Origin: Eubacteriales bacterium
GTDB taxonomy: Bacteria > Bacillota > Clostridia > Oscillospirales > CAG-272
Assembly (NCBI GenBank): GCA_045656605.1
Contig: JAZORO010000078.1
Span: 564-64,563 of the forward strand
Direction: 5' to 3'
Length of the DNA: 64,000 nt
The stretch's first letter is position 1, and every line of letters starts with the position of its first letter. The notes beneath the pieces were generated by a model, which did no database searches, had not been told where the DNA came from, and saw nothing but the letters and a program-made list of their open reading frames with translations. Shown here in pieces: positions 1 through 9,405 of the stretch. The translations under genes were made by a program, and so were the position numbers.

Positions 1-480
1 AAGATACTCTGAAATTATTGCCGCAATATCGTATAGCTCCTGCGGAGTACATCTTCTCTCACATCCTAAGAGTTGCTCGGAGAGACTATGGGCTGATACC
101 CCGGTATATCGGCAACTACGTTCAAGCCTTTTTGCAGTCTCGGCCTCGTCAACTATTGCACCGCCTACGTATATAATAGCGCCTACCGAGTTATCCTTTA
201 TAACCGGATACACTACCTCGAACAGACCGTAGAAGCAGTGACCGAAAAAGGGCTTTTTTTCTTTTACCGCCTTGCTGGAACTAAGCGATTTACAGCTCAC
301 ACAGCTAAGATATCCCTTGTCAGAGGATTTCGCAATCTCACAAAAATCCTTGGCGTGTATTGTATTTGAGAAGCTAAGCTCGGTATCCTCGCAGCTTAGC
401 ATACCGCTGAGATCAAGTACGCAGATATGAAGACCTCTTTCTTTTGTAAGAAGATTCAGCAATGTTTGTAAGCGCCCCAT
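1..480 (-). CDS. AraC-family regulator, N-terminal PocR-type sensor domain (partial; C-terminus lies beyond the window start)
   Basis: Absent from the ORF track because it is open at the window edge. My translation from ATG at 480 gives MGRLQTLLNLLTKERGLHICVLDLSG...DFCEIAKSSDKGYLSCVSCKS...GHCFYGLFEVVYPVIKDNSVGAIIYVGG, with no stop down to base 1. The Cys / GL / P-I / G spacing resembles PocR ligand-binding domains. Confidence 0.55.
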   Translation of the reverse strand, partial: MGRLQTLLNLLTKERGLHICVLDLSGMLSCEDTELSFSNTIHAKDFCEIAKSSDKGYLSCVSCKSLSSSKAVKEKKPFFGHCFYGLFEVVYPVIKDNSVGAIIYVGGAIVDEAETAKRLERSCRYTGVSAHSLSEQLLGCERRCTPQELYDIAAIISEYL

Positions 481-655
481 AGTACCCTCTGAACTACATC
501 TTTTTTAGTTATTATAGCAAAAAAAGTTTCCAAAATGCAATAGATATCTGCCTTTAGTGTAAGACAAGCGGCGCTTTTATGCGGTATAATGACGGTGGTG
601 CAAGAGTTTCTTTACTAAAAGGAATAAAACAAGTATCTTTTATAGGAGAGATACC

Positions 656-832
656 GTGGCGCTGATGTCTATTGCGTCACTGTCCGAGAAGTCTATCGCC
701 CTGGGCGGAGCTCCGGTTGAAATTCCTGATTTTACTAAGGGCAAGTGGTTTGGCAAGATTCCTAAGAACGACGGCAAGTACTCGCTTGATCTTGTAGTCA
801 CCGACCCGGATACTCCGATAGTACCCCGGTAA
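656..832 (+). CDS. hypothetical 58-codon ORF (possibly a gene remnant)
   Basis: GTG at 656 a few nt after GGAGAG. Reads VALMSIASLSEKSIALGGAPVEIPDFTKGKWFGKIPKNDGKYSLDLVVTDPDTPIVPR, stop at 830-832. Followed by hairpin cccgtccg/cggacggg at 841-862. Below the track length cutoff; no family recognised. Confidence 0.25.
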   Translation: MALMSIASLSEKSIALGGAPVEIPDFTKGKWFGKIPKNDGKYSLDLVVTDPDTPIVPR

Positions 833-1065
833 AACATACGCCCGTCCGAAATTCCGGACGGGCTATTATAAAAAAGCCTTGTGAAGAAAACACAGTATAT
901 GAGAAAAATTTTAAACACGAGATCGACATACTCGTTAGTCACGGCGGCGATTGCGGCGACATTCGTCGTTAAACGGGGAGACGTCGGGGGTATAAATATA
1001 GAATGTGAAAAGAAGCTCAATTGCCCGCACGCATATCTCTCCAATTTTAAAGAGGAGGCGCAAAG

Positions 1066-2697
1066 ATGATTATCATACATAACTACCATCCCTTATACAC
1101 AAAAAGCTTTTAGAGCTGGGAATGGCGAGAAAGGGAGACGGATTTAAGATCAGCTCTACCTTTTGCCAAAAACCCGAGCTTCTTTTCAACGAGGTGGCAA
1201 GGAAAGGCGGCGAGCTCTACGAGATAGTCCGTGATTACGGCTCTTGCTTTTATATAGATCGTTAGCAGGGTGGCTCCTATTTCTTTTCGTATCCCTTCTC
1301 CGAGGAACTCATAAAGACCTACGACGATCTTACCGGCGGAAACTTTTTGGGTCTTCAGCTACACGAGCTTGCCGAAACCAGAGTCTATGACTGGAATAGG
1401 ATAAAGACACAGCTTATAGAGCAAAAGCTTTCCTGGAACGAGGAGAATATTTACGAGGCGGTAAAGAAGGTCTCGTACAACAAGGATTTCCTCACTTCTC
1501 GCAGGGCACTGCCGGAGAGTATGCCTCGCTGACGCCGCCCGAAACCGTAACCGACTGGTATAATGACGTCGAGTGGGTGGTTAAATCCAGAATGAAAAGG
1601 TGGAGTGGCAGGATACTCAACTGTGATTCCTGCCGTATTTACGCACGCATTGAAGAGGATAACGATATTGACGTCTCTTTCGTTGAGATAGGCGGTCTCA
1701 CTCCGAGAATGCGCTTGCAGTTTGCGCTCAGACGCGGAATGTCTCGCTCGAGAGGTAAAAAATGGGGTGCGTACCTCGAGCCTTGGAATGATACCGACCT
1801 CACCGCCTATTGCTTTATGAAGGACGGCGAGAACGAGTGGAATGTCACAAAGCAGAATTTTGTTTATTTTGCCGCAGGGCCCGACGGCGGCACGTCTATG
1901 TCACTGGCGAGGAGAATGATGTACTGTTCCCTTTTTGCGGGGGCTGACTACTTTGCCGAGGAGTGGGGGATGGCGAACATCTTCTACGACTGGGAGAGCT
2001 TTGAGCTTTCGCCCTACGGCAGAATAAAAAAGGACTTCTTTGATTTTTCTCGAGGCTTTGAGAAACTAAAGGCAGATATTCCGATCGCCATAGTCATCCC
2101 GAGAGAATACAAGATTTTTCCGACTCACGGCGAGATTGACTATACTAACGACATTACCGACGGCGACTATTTTGAGATAAGCAACCGCATAAACGAGCTG
2201 TTTGACAACGGTTCTTTGCTCGGTTATGAGGATAAATTCCTCACCGCAGGCAGATACGGAAGTCTTTTGATATTATTTATGACGACTCCTACGAGAATCC
2301 GGAGAAAGAATACGGACTTCTGGTGGATTTCTCGGGCAGACTCTCGGGAGAGCAAACTGTAAACGGATTTGATAGACAGGCACTCATAGAGAGGCTTGAC
2401 ACGTTCTTTAAGGAATATCTGCCCTTTGATTACTCATCTGACGGCGATATAGACTATATGCTTTTTGAGAGCGACGGCGAGAAATACGTTTGCTTTCTTA
2501 ACCATAACGGAATCACGAAGGACGTGGAAAAGGTGAGCGTGTGAATCCCGATGCTACCGTAAAGCTCAAGACGTGCTTCGATAACGCCGAAGTTTTGCAA
2601 ACCTTGAATGTTTGCGGTTGTAAATACGATGCTGACGGCGGCAGCTTCGATGCAATACTTGGCGGCGGTGAGTTTATCGTGGTGCGATACGGGTAAA
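1066..2697 (+). pseudogene. multiply disrupted gene of unknown family, possibly carbohydrate-active
   Basis: GAGGAGG RBS plus ATG at 1066. The protein-like reading continues across three frames: a shift near 1090, in-frame TAG at 1262-1264, and shifts near 1470-1500, 2265 and 2540. The pieces join sensibly: ...GRYG / SFDIIYDDSYENPEKEYGLLVDFSGRLSGEQTVNGF... and ...ITKDVEK / NPDATVKLKTCFDNAEVLQTLNVCGCKYDADGGSFDAILGGGEFIVVRYG, with a stop near 2697. Track ORFs 1347-1532, 1577-2362 and 2323-2544 are fragments of it. Confidence 0.6.
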
Positions 2698-2790
2698 GGT
2701 AGAGATAATGAATTGCTAGTCAGTATATATTTGCGTTACGACAAAGCGCTCCGTCTCGGCGGAATTATTTTAGAGGGGTATAGGCTCTTC

Positions 2791-2817
2791 AATAAAAACA
2801 CCCCCGAAAGCGGGGTT
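2791..2817 (-). terminator. rho-independent terminator of fba
   Basis: Stem ccccg (2802-2806) / cgggg (2811-2815) with loop aaag. On the minus strand it is followed by TGTTTTTATT. Confidence 0.6.
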
Positions 2818-2919
2818 TAGGCCTTCACCTTTCACGCATCCGCTCCGGGGGTATCAATATTAAGATAGTATACGAGTACTATTTTTTACGGCTGGAAGTA
2901 ATAGACCGTCACAGGTGAA

Positions 2920-3879
2920 TTAAAGTGTGCCCTTTGATCCAAGAACGTTGATAATCTTGTGGCTGACCATCTTCTTAACCTCGGCTCTGGCAACCTTGAG
3001 GTACTCTCTCGGGTCAAATGCCTCGGGCTTCTCTGCGAACACTCGGCGAATACCTGCGGTCATAGCGAGTCTGATGTCGGAGTCTATGTTGATCTTGCAG
3101 ACTGCCATCTTTGCGGCGCGTCTGAGTTGCTCCTCGGGAATGCCGACTGCATCGGGAAGCTTACCGCCGAGAGCGTTGATCTCGGATACGCACTCGTGAG
3201 CTACGCTGGATGCGCCGTGAAGAACGATGGGGAAGCCGGGAAGTCTTCTGCCGACCTCTTCGAGAATGTCAAATCTGAGAGGCGGGGGAACGAGAACTCC
3301 GTGCTCGTTTCTGGTACACTGCTTAGCAGTGAATTTATATGCGCCGTGAGAAGTACCAATAGAGATAGCGAGAGAGTCAACGCCGGTTCTGGTTACAAAC
3401 TCCTCTACCTCCTCGGGCTTTGTGTAAGTAGAGCATTCGGCGCTAACCTCGTCCTCAACTCCTGCGAGAACTCCGAGCTCGCCCTCAACCACAACGCCGC
3501 GAGCGTGAGCGTACTCAACAACCTTCTTCGTGAGGGCGATATTATCCTCGAAGGAATGATGAGAGCCGTCAATCATAACGGAGGTGAAGCCGCCGTCAAT
3601 GCAGGATTTACATACGTCGAAGTCTGCGCCGTGGTCAAGGTGAAGAGCTAAGTCTATGCCGCTATCCTCAACTGCAGCCTTTGCAAGAGCCATAAGATAA
3701 GCGTGCTTAGCATACTTTCTTGCGCCTGCGGAAACCTGAAGAATGACAGGAGACTGCTCCTCGGCTGCCGCCTCGGTGATAGCCTGAATAATCTCCATAT
3801 TGTTAATGTTGAAAGCACCGATAGCATAACCGCCCTCGTAAGCCTTCTTGAACATTTCCTTTGTTGTTACAAGTGCCAT
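2920..3879 (-). CDS. fba: fructose-1,6-bisphosphate aldolase, class II
   Basis: 319 aa. N-terminus MALVTTKEMFKKAYEGGYAIGAFNINNME, then LHLDHG and SHGAYKF motifs typical of class II FBA. Confidence 0.95.
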   Translation of the reverse strand: MALVTTKEMFKKAYEGGYAIGAFNINNMEIIQAITEAAAEEQSPVILQVSAGARKYAKHAYLMALAKAAVEDSGIDLALHLDHGADFDVCKSCIDGGFTSVMIDGSHHSFEDNIALTKKVVEYAHARGVVVEGELGVLAGVEDEVSAECSTYTKPEEVEEFVTRTGVDSLAISIGTSHGAYKFTAKQCTRNEHGVLVPPPLRFDILEEVGRRLPGFPIVLHGASSVAHECVSEINALGGKLPDAVGIPEEQLRRAAKMAVCKINIDSDIRLAMTAGIRRVFAEKPEAFDPREYLKVARAEVKKMVSHKIINVLGSKGTL

Positions 3880-3912
3880 TTTGATACTCCTTTATCTTTC
3901 TTTTACACATAT

Positions 3913-3940
3913 ATTTTACTCTTTTTTAAAGAAAAATCAA
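3913..3940 (-). promoter_or_regulatory. putative sigma-A promoter of fba
   Basis: Minus strand reads TTGATT, 16 nt, TAAAAT, about 35 nt upstream of the fba ATG. Confidence 0.4.
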
Positions 3941-4444
3941 GACTTATTTCGAAAAAATAGCAAATTAGAATGGATAAAAGGAATCAAAAGCAGGGGCGTA
4001 GGAATTGTTGCGGTATTTTATCTGTTGTTTAAAAAATCAATTTGCCTAAAAGAGACTTATATGCACCGTTGCATTAGGGCGCTCGGCGGCAAGGGGTGCG
4101 CCGGCTTTTTGTGAAGCTCTGCAGTCGAGGTCGAGCGCTTGTTAAATTTCAGAATGAAATTCCTACCAAAGTCAACGGGAGTCGGGATTTTTTGTTTCTC
4201 ACCCTTGCACGCTCTTGTTACATAGGCTCACTTCTTGCGCAGTAAAGGTGTGACGCACGAAGGGCGCAAAAACGAAGACGCCCCCGATTGCAGGTTGCTT
4301 CGCAGTTCTTTACGGCAAGAATTCCTCTGCCGACGGCAGCATATGAAGGCTCCGCCCACTCGGCGTTCGTTCCGAAGTTCTTATCCTCGCTTTTTGCTCT
4401 GCGCCGAAGTGATGCCTTTAAACTTATGTAAACCTAAGCCTTTG

Positions 4445-4473
4445 TTGACAAGCGGTTTTTACTTTGATATAAT
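4445..4473 (+). promoter_or_regulatory. consensus sigma-A promoter upstream of the FAD oxidoreductase gene
   Basis: TTGACA at 4445-4450, 17-nt spacer, TATAAT at 4468-4473. Implies a 5' UTR of about 150 nt. Confidence 0.5.
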
Positions 4474-4627
4474 TGTGTCGTGATAGGCATTAAAACCAAG
4501 GAAGCGATAATATAGTATAGGATGATAAAAAATCAGAGCTTGCGGCTGTATTTATAAAACTGTCAAAGAAAGCAGATTGAAAAAAAGTTAGATTATATTT
4601 GGATTTAAAAAGAAAGAGGTACTGTAT

Positions 4628-5872
4628 ATGAATAAATTTGACGTTATTGTAGCGGGGGGCGGATTTGCCGGTGTTGCTGCTGCTTTGGCGGCGAGCAGAG
4701 GCGGAGCAAAGGTTTTACTTGTGGAAAAATCGAACTCGCTCGGCGGCGCAGCTGTTAATTGTCTGGTCAATCCTTTTATGCCCTACAAGACGAAAATAAA
4801 CGGCAAGAGTGTTTCACTGTCTGCCGGAATTTTTAAAGAGATACACAGAGAGCTCGAAAAGCGCGGGGCGATGAAGGGCGAGAGCTTTTATGAGGAAGAA
4901 CTGAAAAACGTTTTAACCGATATGGCGCTCGAGTCCGGCGTGAAGCTTTTGTTCCGTACTGCAATTACCGGAGTTGAGAAGGACGGGGATAAAATCACCT
5001 CGGTGCGTCTTTCCTCGCTTGGAAATGAGTTTACAGTACCCGCAAATTATTTCATCGATGCCTCGGGAGATGCAAATCTTGCATATATGGCGGGGTGCCC
5101 GACTAGGCTTGGACGTGAGCCGGACAACCTATGTCAGCCTATGACTCTGTGTTTCAGAGTGGGAAATATAGACGTGGATCGTTTTATGAAGAGCAAGCCG
5201 AGACTTCAGAAGCGCTGGAAAGAAAGCCTTAAGAAAGGTGAGCTTGTAAATCCGAGAGAGGATATACTCATCTTTAAAACTCCTGCAAAGAACGTACTGC
5301 ACTTCAACACCACCCGTGTCGTAAAAATGAATCCCACCGACCCGTGGGACGTGACTGAGGCTGAGATTTTGGCCAGACGTCAGGTGAAGGAAGTCTATGA
5401 GTTTATGAAGAAGAATGCCGAAGGACTTGAAGAGAGCTACATAGCGGCAACAGCATCCGAGATAGGTGTCAGAGAGAGCCGTATGATAGTCGGAGAATAC
5501 GTTCTCACCGAGGCGGATTGCAAGGCTACAACGAAGTTTGAGGATGGAATAGCCGCTTGCAATTACGATATAGATATCCATAACCCCGAGGGCAGCGGTA
5601 CAAGCCACTATTACTTCGGCGATGGGGAGTATTATACAATACCGTACAGGTCTCTACTGCCGAAGGGCGTCTCAAATCTTCTCGTTGCCGGCAGATGTAT
5701 ATCCTCGGATCACGGCGCTCAGGCATCGTACAGAATAATGCCGGTAGTATGCTGTATCGGCGAGGCAGCCGGCACAGCAGCCGCCATAGCGCAGTCGCTC
5801 GGAGTCAAAGCCGCAGACGTGCCTGTGGATGAGCTTGTTGAAACTCTCAAAGCAAACGGCGCATTTATCTGA
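4628..5872 (+). CDS. FAD-dependent oxidoreductase
   Basis: 414 aa. N-terminal dinucleotide-binding motif DVIVAGGGFAGVAAALAASRGGAKVLLVEK. RBS AAGAGG upstream. Confidence 0.8.
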   Translation: MNKFDVIVAGGGFAGVAAALAASRGGAKVLLVEKSNSLGGAAVNCLVNPFMPYKTKINGKSVSLSAGIFKEIHRELEKRGAMKGESFYEEELKNVLTDMALESGVKLLFRTAITGVEKDGDKITSVRLSSLGNEFTVPANYFIDASGDANLAYMAGCPTRLGREPDNLCQPMTLCFRVGNIDVDRFMKSKPRLQKRWKESLKKGELVNPREDILIFKTPAKNVLHFNTTRVVKMNPTDPWDVTEAEILARRQVKEVYEFMKKNAEGLEESYIAATASEIGVRESRMIVGEYVLTEADCKATTKFEDGIAACNYDIDIHNPEGSGTSHYYFGDGEYYTIPYRSLLPKGVSNLLVAGRCISSDHGAQASYRIMPVVCCIGEAAGTAAAIAQSLGVKAADVPVDELVETLKANGAFI

Positions 5873-5886
5873 CGCAACAGAATAGA

Positions 5887-5945
5887 AAAGAATCCCTGTC
5901 TGAATACTGTTAAAATCAGTATGCAGACTAAGGGATTCTTTTTTA
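5887..5945 (+). terminator. long-stem rho-independent terminator
   Basis: aaagaatccctgtctgaatactg / cagtatgcagactaagggattcttt imperfect stem, followed by a T-run. Lies between convergent genes. Confidence 0.7.
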
Positions 5946-6020
5946 TGTGTGAAATTGAACGTATAATTCACCCACTCCGAAAAATTAGATTAAATAGTTT
6001 AAAATGACAACAATTATTTA

Positions 6021-6668
6021 CTATCTGATGAAGTTAGTGAAGATTTTCTGTTCCTTCTCGGGGAGTGTCAGCTGCTCTTTTGCAAGTCTTATCGCCTTGA
6101 TAAGGAACGCCATATTCCTGCCGAGGGTGCGCATAGTCTGCACGCCCTCGAGGTCGGACTCGGCTTCCTCTGCCCCTTTACCGTGTATCTGATTCCAGTA
6201 GGTGGAAGAGACTATGGGCATACCGCTGATAGTGAAGTATTTGTTGAGTGCGTCGAAGGTGGCGGTGCATCCGCCTCTGCGAGCGGCAACCACCGAGGCG
6301 CCGAGCTTCATAGTTTTATCGAATCCGGACGAGTAGAACAGACGGTCGAGAATTGAAGTCAAGGTGCCGTTGGGAGATGCATAATAGACGGGCGAGCCTA
6401 TGATAAGTCCGTCTGCTTCTCTTAACTTCTCGGCGAGGACGTTTACTATATCGTCGAATATGCATTTACCCGCTTTTCTGCATCCAAGACAGGCGATACA
6501 ACCCGCCACTCTTTCCTTACCGACGTGGACAATGTCGGTATCAACTCCGTTTTCATTCAGCGCATCCGCCGCTGACTTAAGCGCTGTGAAGGTCGTGCCC
6601 CTCTCGTGTGGGGAACCGTTTATTATGAGAACATTGTATTTTCCTTTTTCGATTGAATTCATCTGCAA
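6021..6668 (-). CDS. flavodoxin-fold NAD(P)H-dependent FMN reductase family, iron-sulfur flavoprotein (Isf)-like
   Basis: 215 aa. VLIINGSPHERGTT flavodoxin-like start and a compact CIACLGCRKAGKC motif (C-x2-C-x2-C-x5-C). Confidence 0.75.
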   Translation of the reverse strand: MQMNSIEKGKYNVLIINGSPHERGTTFTALKSAADALNENGVDTDIVHVGKERVAGCIACLGCRKAGKCIFDDIVNVLAEKLREADGLIIGSPVYYASPNGTLTSILDRLFYSSGFDKTMKLGASVVAARRGGCTATFDALNKYFTISGMPIVSSTYWNQIHGKGAEEAESDLEGVQTMRTLGRNMAFLIKAIRLAKEQLTLPEKEQKIFTNFIR

Positions 6669-6813
6669 CCACCCTCCGTTTTTGAAATTATATGCTCGGG
6701 ATTACGAAAATATTATACAACGTGCTCCGCCTTTTTTCAACACGTAAACGGTAAAAAGCTGTAAAATATTTGTGCATCGTTTATAGATAAACAAAAATAT
6801 TTGCACGCTACTA

Positions 6814-6842
6814 TTGATATTGGTGAAAAACCGTGTTATAAT
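6814..6842 (+). promoter_or_regulatory. putative sigma-A promoter of the mutS-like operon
   Basis: TTGATA at 6814-6819, 17-nt spacer, TATAAT at 6837-6842. Confidence 0.45.
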
Positions 6843-6892
6843 TAAAAAAATAAGCCCGAGCGCGGGCGAGCCCAAATGCGAGGAGGTAGCTT

Positions 6893-8503
6893 ATGGAAAA
6901 GCGGTTTCTGAGTCTTCTTTATCCAACGGAAGAAAGCGCACTGTTCCATTCAAACAGAGATAATTTACCCAAGATATCCGAGGACGTATGCGAGGAGCTT
7001 GGGTTAAAGGAAATATTCGGAATAACCTCGGCTTCCATATGCGATTTTTTCACATCCGATCCTGCGGTAATAAAATACAGACAGGCGGCTATGGAGGACC
7101 TGCTCACATATCCTGAGCTGCTCGGAACTCTCGGCGAGATAGAGAAGATATTGCAGGATATTAGAGAGCTCAGAATACTTGACGACGAGGATGGTGGCTC
7201 GGGCGAGTCGTATCTTTACAGTATAACCGAAATCGAGCTGTATGTCTCCTGTATAGATACCCTCGGTAAGGGATTCGCCGAGATAGTCGGTGAATTTAAG
7301 AGCGATGCATTTGCTAAGCTGTCGAGCTATGCTAAGGAGATAACAACCTCGGAATATTACGCCGAGCTCAATGAGAAGCTGAAGGCTCTTTCCGGCAGAG
7401 TCAGCGACGTTAAAAGCATAACGATAGGTGTAAATCTCGATAATCAGCTGCGCCCCGAGAGCGCAGGAGTCATATCCGTAAATGCGGAGAGATTCAAGTC
7501 CGGAAGGATGCTTGATAAAATATTAAGGCTCTCGTTCAAAAATGATGCATTCACCTGCATCGCTGAGCTCTCATCCTTCGGCAAGGGGCAGAGCGATAAT
7601 AAGAAGGAGGCTCTCGAGGGCGCCTTCAACACTGCGATAGAGGACGTTTTCCGTTCATCGGTCAAGGGGTGGAGAAGCGTTGTTGCGGATTACGTTATGG
7701 AGAACACCGACTTTCTGCTTGAGCTTTTGCCGGAGATTGAGTTTATGTCCAAGTCGGCTGAGCTTGTCAAGAGGCTAAGACAGAGGGGCGGATGCGATAT
7801 GGTTTACCCCGAGCTTTGTCCTCCGTCCTCCAAGGTATTTGAGGCTAATGAGATATACAATCCAAGGGTTGCCCTTGCTATCAGCGATAACATAGTCAAA
7901 AACGACTTTAAATTTGATGAGAATGCGGGTATATACGTTCTTACCGGACCGAATAGAGGCGGAAAGTCTGTCATAACGGTTGCGGTAGGAGCGGCGCAGG
8001 CGCTTTGTCAGCTGGGCTTACCGGTGCCTGCAAGGGAAGCGAGAATTTCTCCCGTAACCGGTATTTTCACGCATTTTCCCGAGGGGGCTGACGATACAAT
8101 AGATAAGGGCAGACTTGGCGAGGAGTGCGCAAGACTCAGAGAAATATTTGACAGTGTTGATTCCGACAGTATGATTTTGCTCGACGAGTCGCTGTCCTCG
8201 ACCGGCGCTTACGAGGCGGCGTATATTGCCTCGGAGATTTTGACCGCATTCGCTACTCTGAGAGTAAGAGGAATATTCTCGACTCACCTGCACGAGCTTG
8301 CGGCAATGGTGCCCGAGATAAACGAGCGTTCCGTTGCTTCGGGCGGGGCTCCTATCGACACGCTTGTTGCAGGAATAGAAGAAGGCGAGCGCTCGTTTAA
8401 AATTCATAGGATGAAGCCCGACGGCAAATCCTACGCAAGAGATATAGCGGATAAATACGGTCTGTCGTTCGAAGGAATTATGCGAAGGATAGGCAGGACT
8501 TAA
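6893..8503 (+). CDS. MutS-family ATPase paralog (domain V only; no mismatch-recognition or Smr domain)
   Basis: 536 aa. Walker A GPNRGGKS, Walker B MILLDESLSSTG, FSTHLHELA motif. Confidence 0.8.
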   Translation: MEKRFLSLLYPTEESALFHSNRDNLPKISEDVCEELGLKEIFGITSASICDFFTSDPAVIKYRQAAMEDLLTYPELLGTLGEIEKILQDIRELRILDDEDGGSGESYLYSITEIELYVSCIDTLGKGFAEIVGEFKSDAFAKLSSYAKEITTSEYYAELNEKLKALSGRVSDVKSITIGVNLDNQLRPESAGVISVNAERFKSGRMLDKILRLSFKNDAFTCIAELSSFGKGQSDNKKEALEGAFNTAIEDVFRSSVKGWRSVVADYVMENTDFLLELLPEIEFMSKSAELVKRLRQRGGCDMVYPELCPPSSKVFEANEIYNPRVALAISDNIVKNDFKFDENAGIYVLTGPNRGGKSVITVAVGAAQALCQLGLPVPAREARISPVTGIFTHFPEGADDTIDKGRLGEECARLREIFDSVDSDSMILLDESLSSTGAYEAAYIASEILTAFATLRVRGIFSTHLHELAAMVPEINERSVASGGAPIDTLVAGIEEGERSFKIHRMKPDGKSYARDIADKYGLSFEGIMRRIGRT

Positions 8504-8521
8504 AGGAGACGCACGTTTTTT

Positions 8522-9370
8522 GTGCGTGTTTATCGAGATATGATTATTGGAATTGACGTCGGCGGAAGCACGACAAAGATAGTCGGATTCAAAAACGAAG
8601 GTGGGAATAGGGTGCTCGTAGAGCCCCAGTTCATTAAAGCGAACGACCCTGTTACGGCTACCTACGGGGCATTCGGAAAATTTACCGACGAGAACGGCAT
8701 TGCGATATCCGAGATTGAGAGGATATATATGACGGGTGTCGGCTCTTCCTTCGTAAAGCGGGATATGTACGGTATTGAGTGCAGGCGTGTGCCTGAGTTC
8801 AGCTGTATCGGAAAGGGTGGACTCTATCTTTCCGGGCTTGATAACGCTCTTGTGGTAAGTATGGGCACCGGCACGGCGCTCGTGCACGCAGGCCCCGGCG
8901 GTATCAATTATCTCGGCGGTACGGGAGTCGGAGGCGGTACGCTCGTAGGACTCTCGGGATTGCTCCTCGGCGCTCAGAGTATAGAGCATATAGTCGAGTA
9001 TGCCGATGGGGGAGACCTGTCGATGATAGATTTGAAGATTAAGGATATAACGGCGGGGGGCTCGCTCACAGAGCTCGTCGGAGATATGACGGCATCCAAT
9101 TTCGGAAACGTATCCGACGTGGCGAGGAAGGAAGATCTTGCTCTTGGAGTGGTCAACCTCGTCTACGAGACTATCGGAATGGTTTCTGTATTTGCGGCAA
9201 GGCACTGCGGCGCTAAGGACATCGTCCTTACCGGAAATCTCGCACGGTTGCCCTTCTGCGTGGAGAAGTTCCGTGAATTCAATGAAATGAGCTACGGTGT
9301 CAACTTCATCATTCCGAAAAAGGCGCAGTACTCTACTGTAATTGGTGCGGCGCTCAGCGAGAGCAAATAA
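8522..9370 (+). CDS. coaW: type II pantothenate kinase (CoaW-like, ASKHA fold)
   Basis: IGIDVGGSTTKIV, SMGTGTAL, GGTGVGGGTLVGLSGLLLG, DLSMIDLKIKDI and TASNFG match my recollection of staphylococcal-type PanK. The start could be ATG 8540 instead of GTG 8522. Confidence 0.7.
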   Translation: MRVYRDMIIGIDVGGSTTKIVGFKNEGGNRVLVEPQFIKANDPVTATYGAFGKFTDENGIAISEIERIYMTGVGSSFVKRDMYGIECRRVPEFSCIGKGGLYLSGLDNALVVSMGTGTALVHAGPGGINYLGGTGVGGGTLVGLSGLLLGAQSIEHIVEYADGGDLSMIDLKIKDITAGGSLTELVGDMTASNFGNVSDVARKEDLALGVVNLVYETIGMVSVFAARHCGAKDIVLTGNLARLPFCVEKFREFNEMSYGVNFIIPKKAQYSTVIGAALSESK

Positions 9371-9405
9371 TTTATGCCGTAGTTGCGGCAGAATCGGAGA
9401 TATCG

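Noticed and set aside
640-1089. 149-aa minus-strand ORF
   Set aside because: It spans a hairpin terminator and intergenic signals, has no RBS and has an odd composition. The plus-strand small ORF and the pseudogene start explain the region better.
4235-4483. 82-aa ORF in the fba / FAD-oxidoreductase spacer
   Set aside because: It is Arg/Ser/Cys-rich, has no RBS, and runs through the consensus promoter at 4445-4473.
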